Below, piece after piece: positions 1 to 11,013 of a stretch of DNA of 64,000 nt. Under the pieces are notes generated by a model that made no database searches, was not told the DNA's origin, and saw only the letters and a list, made by a program, of their open reading frames with translations. Source of the DNA: Chlorokybus atmophyticus. Its lineage: Eukaryota > Plantae > Mesostigma and Chlorokybus algae. Both the position numbers and the translations under genes were made by a program. Within the stretch, counting starts at the first letter, position 1. Each line of letters opens with the position of its first letter. The stretch lies in contig RHPI01003599.1 in assembly GCA_009103225.1 (NCBI GenBank), positions 62,001 through 126,000 of the forward strand, in the 5' to 3' direction.

Positions 1-3000
1 CGGATGAGTGCGGTACGGAGTTGTTGCTCCCCCACCATACCAGCTCCTCCTCGTTGTGTGGTGTCCCCTTGCGGGGTGAGGTACCCTCGCCCTGCATCGC
101 GTTGATTCTCAGGCATGTCTTCGACCAAAGGAGGCAGCAGCGGGGCGATTACCCCCCTCAATTATTGCGCCAACGCCCTCGCTTCGTCTGCAACAGTTGC
201 GTGTCCTGGCTGCTCGATGGCGATTGCCGTGGAGTACGCTATGGTCAGCGCCGTAGAGGCGCTGGCAACATTTGCTAGCGCTCCGGTCGGTACGATAACG
301 GTGTGTGCTGTGTCGTACGCTTGTCGGCGCGCGTCCACTTGGGCAGCTTGGTCCATTTGATAACGATGGGCCTGTTCGAGTGCAGAGAAACGCTCTTGAC
401 GACTGCCTGGAGTGAGCCCCCGGAGAGCGGGATCAGCGCCCAGCGCGATGTCAGACATGGTGACCACGAGGTCTTGCATTTTGTGTCGCTGGAGGCCGAG
501 TGGGTCCAGTGGTGAGGGCTCGAAGTCGATCTGTTGAGCGGGCATGGGTTGCTGCGTTTGACTGGGCGCGCCCTGCAATCGTGCGTGTAATGTCAGGAAC
601 AACTGGACGGCCAGCTCCAATACCGCAGGTCGTTGGTAGGTGACCCCGAACAGACGATCCCGCATCTCTGGTGCAGTGCCGGCGAGGATTTCATCCTCCA
701 GCTGTTGTTGTGTGGGTTCCGGCAGCGTGTGGTACTCTGGAGGTGGTAGGGGCAAGATGCGATCATCGCGTGCCACGCGCGTGGTGCGTTGCCCCCCTGG
801 TCCGTACGCAATGGTGGTGGGTTCCACGTTGCGTAGAACCGACGCCTAGGCGCGCTCTGCTTGTGGCCCGCGTGGCACTTGCTGTGTGACGTCCAACGCT
901 GGTGGCGGTGCCGTTCGTCCCTCAGGAAGTGGTGCAGTGGGTATGGCAGCACTACTGGAGGCGATGGTGGTGGCACCTGCAGCAGTCGTCGTTACTGAGG
1001 TGGCGGCTGTGAGGGTGGCAGCAGTTGCGGTTGATGTGGTCGCTTCGATGGAGGCAGGAGTGGTGGATTCACCACGTACGAACCCAACGACCATGGTTGT
1101 TGCGGCGTGGGTGCTCTCCATCACCGGGGACAGCGTGGTGCCAAGAGTGCTGACACCTGTTGTCATGGTCGGTGTGGACGCCGACGGTGTCGTCGACGGC
1201 GTCGTCCCAGCGGTGGTTGTGGCTGCCGAGGCAGCACCACTTGTGGCGTCCGACGATGCCGCTGTTGACGACGCGCCAGCTTCCCTGCGCGCACGTCTGG
1301 ATGGTTGTACGCGTGACGGCGTGGGAGTGTCCCTATCCCGTTTCGGTGCCATCAGCGCTTACCTAGCAGTATAGCAGGCTTGATAGTCCTGCTCCTTGTT
1401 CTCCAGCTGTGCCACGCGCGCCATCAGGGCTGCCACTTGGTCAATAGCCGGTGGATTGGTTGGTGCCTTTACGGCAGCAGCTCCAGCGCAAGGACGTCCC
1501 TCAAGTCCTTTGTGCTGTGGAGGGCGGTTTTTCCCTCTATAGCCAGCTTCTTCCTTGCGGGCGCCAGCGTTGTTGTTGTGGTTGGGGTTGTGGCCACCAG
1601 CGTTGTTGCCGTTGTTGCGACCACCAGCGTTGTTGCTGTTGTTGTAGCCGCCAGCGTGGTTGCTGTTGTTGTAGCCCCCGTTGTTGTTGTTGTTGTTGCC
1701 GCGATAGCCAACAGCGTTGTTGCCGTTGTTGTAGCCAATATAGGGCCGCAGCTCAGGGAACTTGAGCCAGCATACTGTCTCCAAGTGCCCCGTCTTGTGG
1801 CAGTGGTCGCACACAAGGTTGCCGTAATCTTCGGTGCACTCTTTTTGGTAGTGGCCATGTCGACCACACCGGTGGCACAGCACTGGAGCCACAAGGGCAG
1901 CATGAGCTGACCGTTTATTCTTGTAATGGATGCCTTGCGGCTCGCGGCTGCGGTCCCGCCGAAAAGGCTCTGCACTTGTGCCTGCCATAGACCGTGAGGC
2001 ACTGCGGTTGGTGTCCAGCACCGCTTTCTCATACACTGCGAGCTTATGGATGGCTTGTGCCGTCTCGAAAGCTTCCTTGAGGGTGTAGCCGAGGGGCCTG
2101 CTGTAGTTCAGCGTCAGGCGCGTTGACTCACTCAGGGTGGGATCCAACTCGGCTACATACACCACTGCTGCCGCCTCCTCGCTGACGATCTTGTAGTCAG
2201 TGTGTTTAAGCAACCCTTCCAACCGTGAATACAGTCGGAGCGGGTCCTCGTGGGGCTTCCGTCGAAAACGCCTCAACTCCTCCACCTTACTGTTGGTTTG
2301 AGGTGGGAAGGTGCGCCGGAGTGCGGCGTAGAGGCTCTTCAACGGGGAGTCCGACATGGCCGCGCCCACTGTGAGCGCGGGTGCACGCCATGCCACTGAG
2401 CCGAGGGTGAAAACACTGCCTCCCGCTGAAGCACGCGAGTTCGGTGTTGGTAGCAGGGGCGTACCCATCTCCAATGCCGCAGCTTGCTGCCCCTCTTGCT
2501 GCTCCCTGATGATGGCAGCGGTGCGGTTGAGTATCCTGACCCGACGCTCGGCCTTCTTGCTTTCGATCTCTGCAGGAGTCACTGAGGCCACTACCACCTC
2601 AACTTCTTCATTCTCTGCCTTCTCCATGGCTGCAGCTAGAGTGAGACCCGTGACTGAGGTGGGGGGGCCGCTGCTACAGGGACAGTAACCGATGGGCTGT
2701 GCAGTGACGTGGCGGCTATTGTGCTGGCCAACTTGCCATAGCCATCAATCCTGTGCAACTCAGCGACGGACTTCCACACATCATGTGCTTCGTGATTAAG
2801 GTATTGAGCGGACACATGACACGATACCTCATCTGTCCAGTCCTTGCTCTTGAGGGCCTGCTGCCGCATCTTGGAGTGGAACTTGATGATGAACTCGTCA
2901 AGTGAGGTGGTGCCAGGGCGTCCGGAGAAGCGTAGGGAGTTGGTTGAGCTGGAAGGCTCCATCTCTTCGTCGTCACTGTCCGACGGTGGTGGAGATGCTC

Positions 3001-3169
3001 GTTGACGAGGGGTGGAGTGAGAGGAGGTGAAGCCGAAGACGGGGCGTGAGCCTCTGCTGCTACGGTAATCGCTCCCTTCACTTGCGCGCTCGTAGGTAAG
3101 GTTGGAGGTTGGGCTCCAGCTGTTGAGGTCCCCTTCTTCTATTGGCGAGAAAGGGGTGGGCCTGCTCAT
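1..3169 (-). mobile_element. Decayed LTR-retrotransposon (Ty3/Gypsy-like) gag-polyprotein region, continuing off the left edge
   Basis: ORF 2636-3169 joins ORF 1359-2627 through a 1-nt frameshift in a C7 run (~2660-2666). ORFs 1359-2627, 846-1352, 162-827 and 1-161 share one frame, separated only by single stops (TAA 1359, TAG 846, TAA 162). No introns. Confidence 0.8.
1359..3169 (-). pseudogene. gag: Retrotransposon Gag with two CCHC zinc knuckles (frameshifted)
   Basis: CHRCGRHGHYQKEC and CDHCHKTGHLETVC knuckles; gag-like segments FSGRPGTTSLDEF and LRRFRRKPHEDPLRLYSRLEGL; Asn/Gly-rich tandem repeat (~24-bp unit) at ~1570-1740. Confidence 0.85.
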
Positions 3170-4192
3170 ACAGCTGATGCGATGGTGAAAGTGGATGAAG
3201 GGTAGAGTGTTTGTGCTCTACAATGGGATCTCCAGTGCTGCTATCACCCAACACACTAGCGCTTGTGCGCGCCATGCGATGACGGTGACAACACTGCACT
3301 GTGATGTGTACAACTACAGATTGCGATGCTGATGTACAGCCTGCAACTACACTCACTTGAGCAAAGAGGGTGACACTGTAAGTCAACAAACCACCACGAT
3401 AGGTAGTGCTGTTTACATAGTTCTTTGCGTGAGTGGAAGAGAAACTACACTGTTAAGTGAGGTGAATGAGCAAGCAACACGTGGATGCTATGCCCTGACT
3501 GATGCCAACAAGCGCACCGCGACCAAGGACACAAAGCTCACAGCTAGGACAAGCACAGTGCACAAGAACATGCACAGGCTCTCACACAGTGAGGGGATTC
3601 TTGGGAACCAGGACGGTGTGTTTCGTAGTTCAAGTCGCTTCACAAGCTCTTAGCTTTCTCACTTACAGTGTCACCAGCTGATCCGGTGAACACTGTGCCT
3701 ACTTATACAAGTCAACTCATGACTGTCCAGAACATAAGCTAACGGTCATATCGAGGCTATTTTTACAGGAAATTCCCACTCGATATAGAACCTGAATTAT
3801 AATTGAACTCACAATTGAACAGCTACGCGCGGTGCCTATGTAGACTATGGTCACGAGCTACTCTAGAGACATGACCTAGCTACTGGTCAGAGATGCGCGC
3901 GGGTTGCCATGCTGGTAAGCCGGGCGAGGGTCTCGCTGTCGTCATGCCCGATGATGACTGGCATGCTTGGGCGATAGGCATGACATCAGGGAGGCAGCTC
4001 ATGTTGTACGCTGCACTTATGTGGAAGAACAGGCTACACGGGAGGTGGGCCCACTCACACACGGTCCTCCAGGGTTTCCTCAACAGCCACTGGCTACGCC
4101 GCCAGGTATGACCCCGGCCACACAGAGGCGCAATCCCCCTGCGCCACAACCAGGGCAGCCACAGGCAGCACCGCCAGCACCCAGGCCGCAGC

Positions 4193-4999
4193 GTGTATAC
4201 CAACATCCAAGAAAAAGACGGGCCAGGCCGCAGACCAGGAGATTCTCAAGACCCAGCTGGTCGAGGGACGCTTGCCGCACTGCGCTCGACACCACCAGCG
4301 GAAACTGCAGCAGCAGTCGCCCCACGCACACGCTACCTACGATTCAAGCGGCTGCGCATCAAGGCCAACGCAGCTTTGATCGCCAACAAAGGCGAGCATG
4401 TCACCATCAACGGACGAGCACCCAAGCGCGTGATGCTGGACTCTAGAGCCCGGCTTGTCATCATTGGACATTACCTCGCACGCGACCTTGGCATCAACAG
4501 CGCTGAGCTGATGCCCTACCCATACGTGCTCGACAAAGCAACCGGCAGCCGTGACAAGGTGATTGGCATCACCAAGCAGGCCCTCTGCACTCGCTTGACA
4601 GGGTTGGACCCTTCCCACAGCATCGAGGACATACAGAAGTGTGTGGTCACCGACGCAGGGTCCTTCGACCTGCTGGTGGGACAGGACTTCAACTCTCCGG
4701 TTGGCATGGGACTGGACTGCTGGAAAGAGAAGGCATGGTTTTGTCCCCATTGGGATGAGAAGGATGGAGAGGTTCAAGAATATCTGCCTCTCGAGCTGGT
4801 GGCTCGCACTCGCTCTCACCAATGGTCAGCGGCAACAGCCACCTACAGGTTGATGTCGACAACCACTGACAGGTCAGCTGCAACAGCCACCTACAAGTCG
4901 GCTTCGCCAACCACTGACAGGTCAGCTGCGAAGGTCACCCACAACCTTGACCAAGACTCTCCTGTCCCATACGACGAGTCGCAGGAGGATGCCACTTAA
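4193..4999 (+). pseudogene. Retrotransposon aspartic protease domain with linker
   Basis: RVMLDSRARLVII (LDSGA-type active site) and FDLLVGQDF (D-L-L-hydrophobic-G motif). Preceded by a Pro/Gln-rich linker in another frame (3967-4446). Imperfect 48-bp tandem repeat at ~4823-4930. Confidence 0.75.
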
Positions 5000-5179
5000 G
5001 AAGTGGCCCACCAGAAACCATCTAAACGCCGCTGACGTGCATAGGTGGTCGCACATCTTCTATTGACCAGACCATGGCTCCCTGCACGGTTCCCTCGCTA
5101 CAATGACCAAGCTGCAGTTCAGGAGCAACACCAGGTGGCCACGGAAGTAGTGAAGTTTCATGTGTTCCATCGACAATAG

Positions 5180-5910
5180 GTCATCACCGTGCTGGAACTA
5201 TTTGGAGGTATAGGTAGTGGCCTCGCTACTGTCCTCAACAATGGCGCGACGGTCACCAAGTACCTATACTGTGACCCTGATCCACACGCACAGATCGCTC
5301 TGAGCCACTACTTGCACCACCTACACCAATACTACACGCAGCAGCCGCTATCGGCACTGCAAGGCAGCCTAAAGGCACTGCCACAGGACATCCGGTTAAT
5401 CACTGCGGATCACCTTCTGGCGGTGGGCAACATCGACTTGCTAACAGCAGGATGGGAGTGTCAAGGACACTCCACATCTGGCAGAGGCCAAGGACTCGCT
5501 TATCCAAGCTCGCGACTAACCTGGGAACTGATGCATGTTTTAAAAATCCTGCAGAGCAACCAGCTGTCCGGGCCTCCGGAATGCATCATCAAAAATGTGC
5601 GCTCCGAGGATAAGCGTCACGTGGCCAACAGCTTTCGACAGGTGTGTTCTTTACTGGGACATCCTCTTAAAATCAACGCAACGCGTCATGGATCCCATGC
5701 TCATCGCGTCCGCGTCAAGTGGACCAACCTAGCTACAGTCGAGGATCTCTTTGTTGCTGAATATCTGCACAGCAGTCGTCCACGCGATCTCACCGTCAAC
5801 GCCGTCCGGGACCCTGAAACGCACAGCACAACCAGTCACGCGACACGATCACCAGTACTTCTACCAATGCAACCAGCCTGGACAACCACGTCGTGCGCTT
5901 CCCACTTGTA
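5180..5910 (+). pseudogene. C5 cytosine DNA methyltransferase domain of a retrotransposon pol (degenerate, 3'-truncated)
   Basis: Motif I VLELFGGIGSGL, KYLYCD, LPQDIRLIT, motif IV DLLTAGWECQGHS, motif VI degenerate (IKNV for ENV), motif VIII HRVRVKWTNL. In-frame TAG just upstream; frameshift near 5820 continues as YQCNQPGQPRRALPT. Confidence 0.85.
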
Positions 5911-5914
5911 TCTT

Positions 5915-6300
5915 CGCGTGCACAATGAGGCTTCACCGTGTTGGCGGCAGACTCTTTTTTCATCAACATCACTATTGGCAACCACATCACAATTGGTCAA
6001 GCGCATTCCGCGCTCGGCTTCACTTTCAGCACCAGCTGCTCAATGCTTTGCTGGTCGACTACGACCCCGTCCATTGGGTACCTGCAAATTGGAGGTATGA
6101 TGATGTTTCCTCTCCAACATGCATGATATTGTGGCAATAGTAACCACTTAGTTGCTTATGCAGGTCACTTACAGGTCAATAGCGAGGTTTCACCATGATG
6201 TTCGTGGTGTTGATATGATGAGAGTCACACGGCGGCCAGAGGCAAACAAGCATGATTCTGTTGTGGCTAAGCACAGACAAGTGAGGTACCAGCTAAGCGC
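5915..6300 (+). pseudogene. NOL6: NOL6/Utp22 (Nrap) 3' gene fragment, copy 1, intron retained
   Basis: LLNALLVDYDPVH (cf. plant NOL6 LMVDFDP), then GT..AG intron ~6087-6183, then RFHHDVRGVDMMRVTRRPEA (cf. FFYDxxGGDxIGVxWxP). DNA similarity to 9880-10340. Confidence 0.6.
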
Positions 6301-7838
6301 AGGAAAATACACAATGGCGAAGCGGCATTTTGCCTGCTACCCTCGTAATAGCTCAGTCGTAGAGCGCTTCAGGACTACTGGCTATGGCTTGGTTGCTGAT
6401 GTGCACGCGTAGTTGGTATGATCATCACATCCTTCTTTGCAGCATGCTTTTGTCATCGTCAACACGATGTGTAAGTGCTGCTTGTGCATGAAGAGATTGG
6501 ATGGAACTACTGCTACTAGTACTTCGTGCAATGCCCATGGTTGCAACTGTGGAGTATACTTATGCGGTGCTTAGCCCTGGTTCTAATATCACAATGGTTG
6601 CTAGTATGAGTTCCACTCAGTGCAACACTTGCAAATAACTTCCACGACCATTGCTACCCGGGTCACACGAACAACTATGTGACAATGCAGCGTGTTGACA
6701 TACACACGTGCAAGTGACACGCCAACAACATCAACCCAAGAGCATGACTGCTACTGCCGCCATAGCATCCGCACACATGCTACATCGTAACCTCTTATCT
6801 TCATTGCAACAAGTCTGGGCTTTATACCCCGCCAGTCTCTACACACGTCTACATTGGCAAGCACCGCGTGCGCTATACTCAGCCGATTGCTGTTCTGTAA
6901 GCTACGCTGTCTAGCTCACAATCAAAGCTTTCCAACAAGCTAAGCCACGCCTGCTAAGCTTACGTATCCACGAAACTACGCGATTTCTCTCAAGGCCCTA
7001 CCAAGCAGCCTGGTCCGGAGTCCGTCATGACTCGACCGTCTTGCTAAGTCTGGAGCCCACGCGCTTCTTCCTAGTACCTTCGACCCTCGACTCCTGTATG
7101 AAGGGCAAGCTGACCGGATACAAGCATCACCCATGTAATACCTTCAACACAGCGATGGCAATATTTGTCAAGAGCCTATTCCAATACAGCTTCTCAAGAA
7201 GCTTTTGCAAGAACTCTGAACTACAAAAGTGACACAGCATAATCATCAGAGTTCTACAACTCACGATTGTCAGCATGTCATTGCTGTGCCATGTATAGGA
7301 TGCGTAGTAGGTCCAATGCATAGCATGCAATATCCGTAAGCCACAAGCGCACACACACAAGCACACAGCCAAGGTAGGCAGTCAGAGAAAATTAAGGCCG
7401 GGGCAACTAGCTAACCATATATGCTATAGCTACGTATGATGAATGCACTACCATGGGCACAAATGTCACGCCTGTCGCAGACACACACACTTGCACTAGG
7501 CTTCAACAAGCTCAGCACAAGCTGAGACCTGCTGGTTGCATCTGTCTCCCCATTTTGCTCTTTGTCGAAGAGCCTCATGGACCATTGGATGGCTGCTTGA
7601 GCTGAACAGTGCACCTGGTGGGTGTAAGGCTGGGGTTTGCTGCACTTTGCAGCCACCGCTTTGCGCTGAGCCCAAGCCAACTATTCGTGATTGTGAATTA
7701 GTTTTGCAGCAGCTGCACAATACATGTGTTGCACTGCACTTTGTGTATTGGTGCATGTGCATGTGCAGTTCAACCATTCTTCAGAGAAGTCCAGACACCG
7801 CATGGAGCACACGCGCCAACAACATGCTGAGAGGACAC

Positions 7839-8022
7839 CAATTGTGCACAGCAAAAGAGAGTCCAATCGTACACCAACGCAAGGATAGCCTAGGCTACAT
7901 TGCTACTACCACTCACACACTGAGACGCAAGCAACAATTGCGCACAGCAAAAGAGAGTCCAGTCGTACACCAACGCAAGGATAGTCTAGGCTACATTGTT
8001 ACTACCACTAACACACTGTACA
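7839..8022. repeat. Tandem repeat, 96-bp unit, ~2 copies
   Basis: caattg(t/c)gcacagcaaaagagagtcca(a/g)tcgtacaccaacgcaaggatag starts at 7839 and again at 7935. Confidence 0.9.
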
Positions 8023-8168
8023 CATACGTCAGGCACACTAGTCGTGCACCAACGCCAACACACCATGACAATGCAAGCGACAAATGTCACTACCAGTTCC
8101 ACACAGTACCACACGCTGCGAATCACACAACGTACACCCTGCACCTAAACGGCCTCCTGGATGTCCTC

Positions 8169-8536
8169 TCATGGGCTTCCCGCAGTCCCTCGCCCACCCT
8201 CGTTGCCTGCAGCACCTGGCTGGCCTGTCAGAATGTGTGGAGCCAGAGGTTTGATACACACTACGGGTTGTGAGAGGTGTGTGGCATGCAGTGAACTGAG
8301 CACGACTTACCGCTCATGGCTGGTGGGAACCCGTTGCAAAACACCAACTTGATCCCGTGACTCCCTAAGCTGGCTAGGCCCCGCTCCACGCCCTGCCCGA
8401 GCTTCTCTAGCCCTGCCTCCACGCCGCGGCCATGCTTGTCCAGGCCACGCTCCACACCGCAGCCGACCAGCCCCAGACCCAAGGGCCATGTCAGCTGAGT
8501 GACCGCACTCAACACGTCGGCGGCGGCTGATGACAT
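8169..8536 (-). CDS. Small 93-aa protein with a hydrophobic segment and three 11-mer amphipathic repeats (exons 8536-8311, 8224-8169)
   Basis: MSSAAADVLSAVTQLTWPLGLGLVGC-GVERGLDKHGR-GVEAGLEKLGQ-GVERGLASLGS...; GTAAGT donor and GACAG acceptor give a phase-consistent second exon GQPGAAGNEGGRGTAGSP*. Confidence 0.55.
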
Positions 8537-9169
8537 CTCCCCGCTGCCTCATGGGCGTCGTGCCTGACGAACCCTCCTCGCGTAGCGGTGCGTGATTGTT
8601 ACACCGGGCATAGGCCCCTGCCCCTGCCCCCGCCCAGAATGAAGCCATAATTGACCCGCTGACAACGGCAGCGGCGGGAGTGGCTACGAGGGGAGGGGCC
8701 GAGGAGGAGCGGGAGGAGGCTGCGAGCGATGCTGAGGCGGAGGCGGAGGGGCGACGTGCATGGGCATATCAAGGTGAAGAAGCGGACGCCGCCCCTCTCA
8801 GATTCGTGTTCATGCAGGTAGGCGGCTGGGTCCCTCTTCAACCAAACATTCAATAGTTCGTTGCTGCATGCACCACCGCAGCCAGCACTTGTCGATGGCT
8901 TATTACACTGTGGTCAGCACACATCAAGTTAGGCTCCCCTCAGCTTGTGCTCATGTTGCCACGAGGGCTGCAGAGGTGTTGTGTTCAAAGCAGATGCACT
9001 CAGACATGAGTTGTCTGTCGTGTCAGAGAGCACACGAGCCAGGCCTGAAGGCTGCGCAGAACGCACTTGGGTGCGTGCGCGTGATTGTGCCAATCCACGC
9101 AAATGAGCATGCTCTTTGTTGCATGCTCAGTGTTGCGTGTATGTGTATGTGTATCACTGCGTACCCGTC

Positions 9170-10340
9170 AACAGTAGGTCAACCGGTGGTTGACAAGGTG
9201 GAACCAGTAGTTCATTGCGATTGTCACCGCAGACTCTCATGGACGAGCTGCTAGCCAAGACGCACACGCAAAGACTACATGCGTCTAGCTCAGCTTGTTC
9301 TAGCCCTGGCAGAGTCTCACAACTACCATCTCCAAGACGAAAGAGCACACGGTACGCTCGCTAGGCAGGGCTACCTCAACTACCACCTGCCTTAACAGAA
9401 CCAGTGAACAGCATGTGCGTGTTGATGGCCAATGAATGAGCCCATATTCAGGCAAGTTGTGTGCAGGCGCGTGTGTGTGGCTCTTGGCGCAGGCACACAG
9501 CAACTCATGTATTCAGCTTTTTGTTGACAACGGCTGGTAGTTAACATGCTTGCTTTGACAGGAAGTGCAAGCTGCCGGGAGGTGGTCCCCACTATGTTCA
9601 TCGCTACTCCCCAGGTATTGCTGCACAGGATGAAACACGCACGATGCTGCTCGTATGGTTGGGCATTGTTCTTGTGCAGATTGTTGTTCTTTATTCAATT
9701 ATGCAGTGGCTATGGACAGGCTAAGGAAAGCAACTCGTGGCCGCTATTAGCCCCGACACATTCGTGTTGAAGCAGTGGAGCGGCTATGTTCGCACGTCAT
9801 CGCAGTCTGCATAATGCAATCAAGCGCAATGCGGGCTTGGCCAAGTCGTGGCTGCGTCTCTTTCGCACACCGCTCAGCCCATGCGACGCGCTTCTCCACG
9901 TATGCAGCAGACTCTTTGGTCAACATTGGCAATCATAACACAAACTTGTGCAGCAGGAACCCAAGTTCAGCCTCAGCCGCATGCTGCACTCAACTTTGTG
10001 TGCGCCATGCTCTGCTGGCTTGTCTTCAACCCCATGCCTGAATTGACAAGCTGGAGGTATGATATTTCATCACTATTACTAACAGTCGTATTAGGTGTTG
10101 AATGATTGATTAACCAATTCTATTCCTCTCGTGAGCTTACTATGATGCCTATGGTGGTGGTGATGTGATTGGAGTCACTTGGCAGCCAGAGGTGTACAAG
10201 GTCGTGTCCGTTGCAGCTGGGGTGGACAGGTGAAGCACCAGCCAAGCGCAGGAAGCCCAATGATGGCAAGCAGCACCTTGTGTGCTACCTCTGGTCGATC
10301 TCGCGTCAGTTGAAAAGCTTCAGAACAACTGGCCGTCGCT
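9170..10340 (+). pseudogene. NOL6: NOL6/Utp22 (Nrap) 3' gene fragment, copy 2, with stops, frameshifts and introns
   Basis: PTMFIATPQ|intron, PDTFVLKQWSGYVRTSS, WLRLFRTPLSPCDALLHV (cf. plant WECLFRTPLxNYDAVILLH) and YDAYGGGDVIGVTWQPEVYK occur in the order expected for the NOL6 C-terminus. Confidence 0.75.
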
Positions 10341-11013
10341 GAGTAACTGTTATGGTCAACAACCCTGGTTGTGCAGCATGTTACGTCAGTAACAACATGA
10401 TGTGTGCGGGTTCTGCTTGGGCACGTGCAGGTTGTTCGTTGTTATGTATGCAGTGTCCACAGTGCAATCATGTAATTATTGAGATATATCAACGAAGTTG
10501 GCACACCCAGCTGCACACTGTGAATCACAGTGGTGATAGTTCTTGATGTGAGATTTTTGGCTGGATATAAGTACAATCATTGCAAACACCATGCTTCACT
10601 GTCGCTATGTCACCCTTTTGCCAACACGTGTGTCAATGCAACGGCAGCTTTGCAACTGTTGGTACCAACGTGTTTCATCTCAATCAATACTTCCACAGCA
10701 GCTCCGACACAGCTCCTGAAAGAACTCGCACAGCTCTGTAATACCTTATCTCAATTTACGAGTAAGCAACTGCATGCGAATCATGCTGTTCAACGAAACC
10801 TACAACATGTCAGCATTGGCTCTATCGTGCTACGTACTGCGCTAGACTACTACTACTACAACAACGCTCCTTACAAGATGAGTCCTACTGGCTACTCGCC
10901 GAGTACAAAGCAACGGAAGGAAGATGAAGAAGGAAGATGATAAATGAACACAACGAATCACAAAAATGTGGGGAACACCGAAGGGGAAGCTGCATCAAAG
11001 GCAGCTCAGGTGT

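Noticed and set aside
6343-6400. tRNA-like A-box (tagctcagtcgtagagcg)
   Set aside because: No T-arm (GGTTCRA) or acceptor stem follows; it lies within the NOL6-like duplicated segment and the second copy lacks it.
7839-8022. CRISPR-like array
   Set aside because: Head-to-tail 96-bp units with no unique spacers, in a eukaryotic context with no cas genes.
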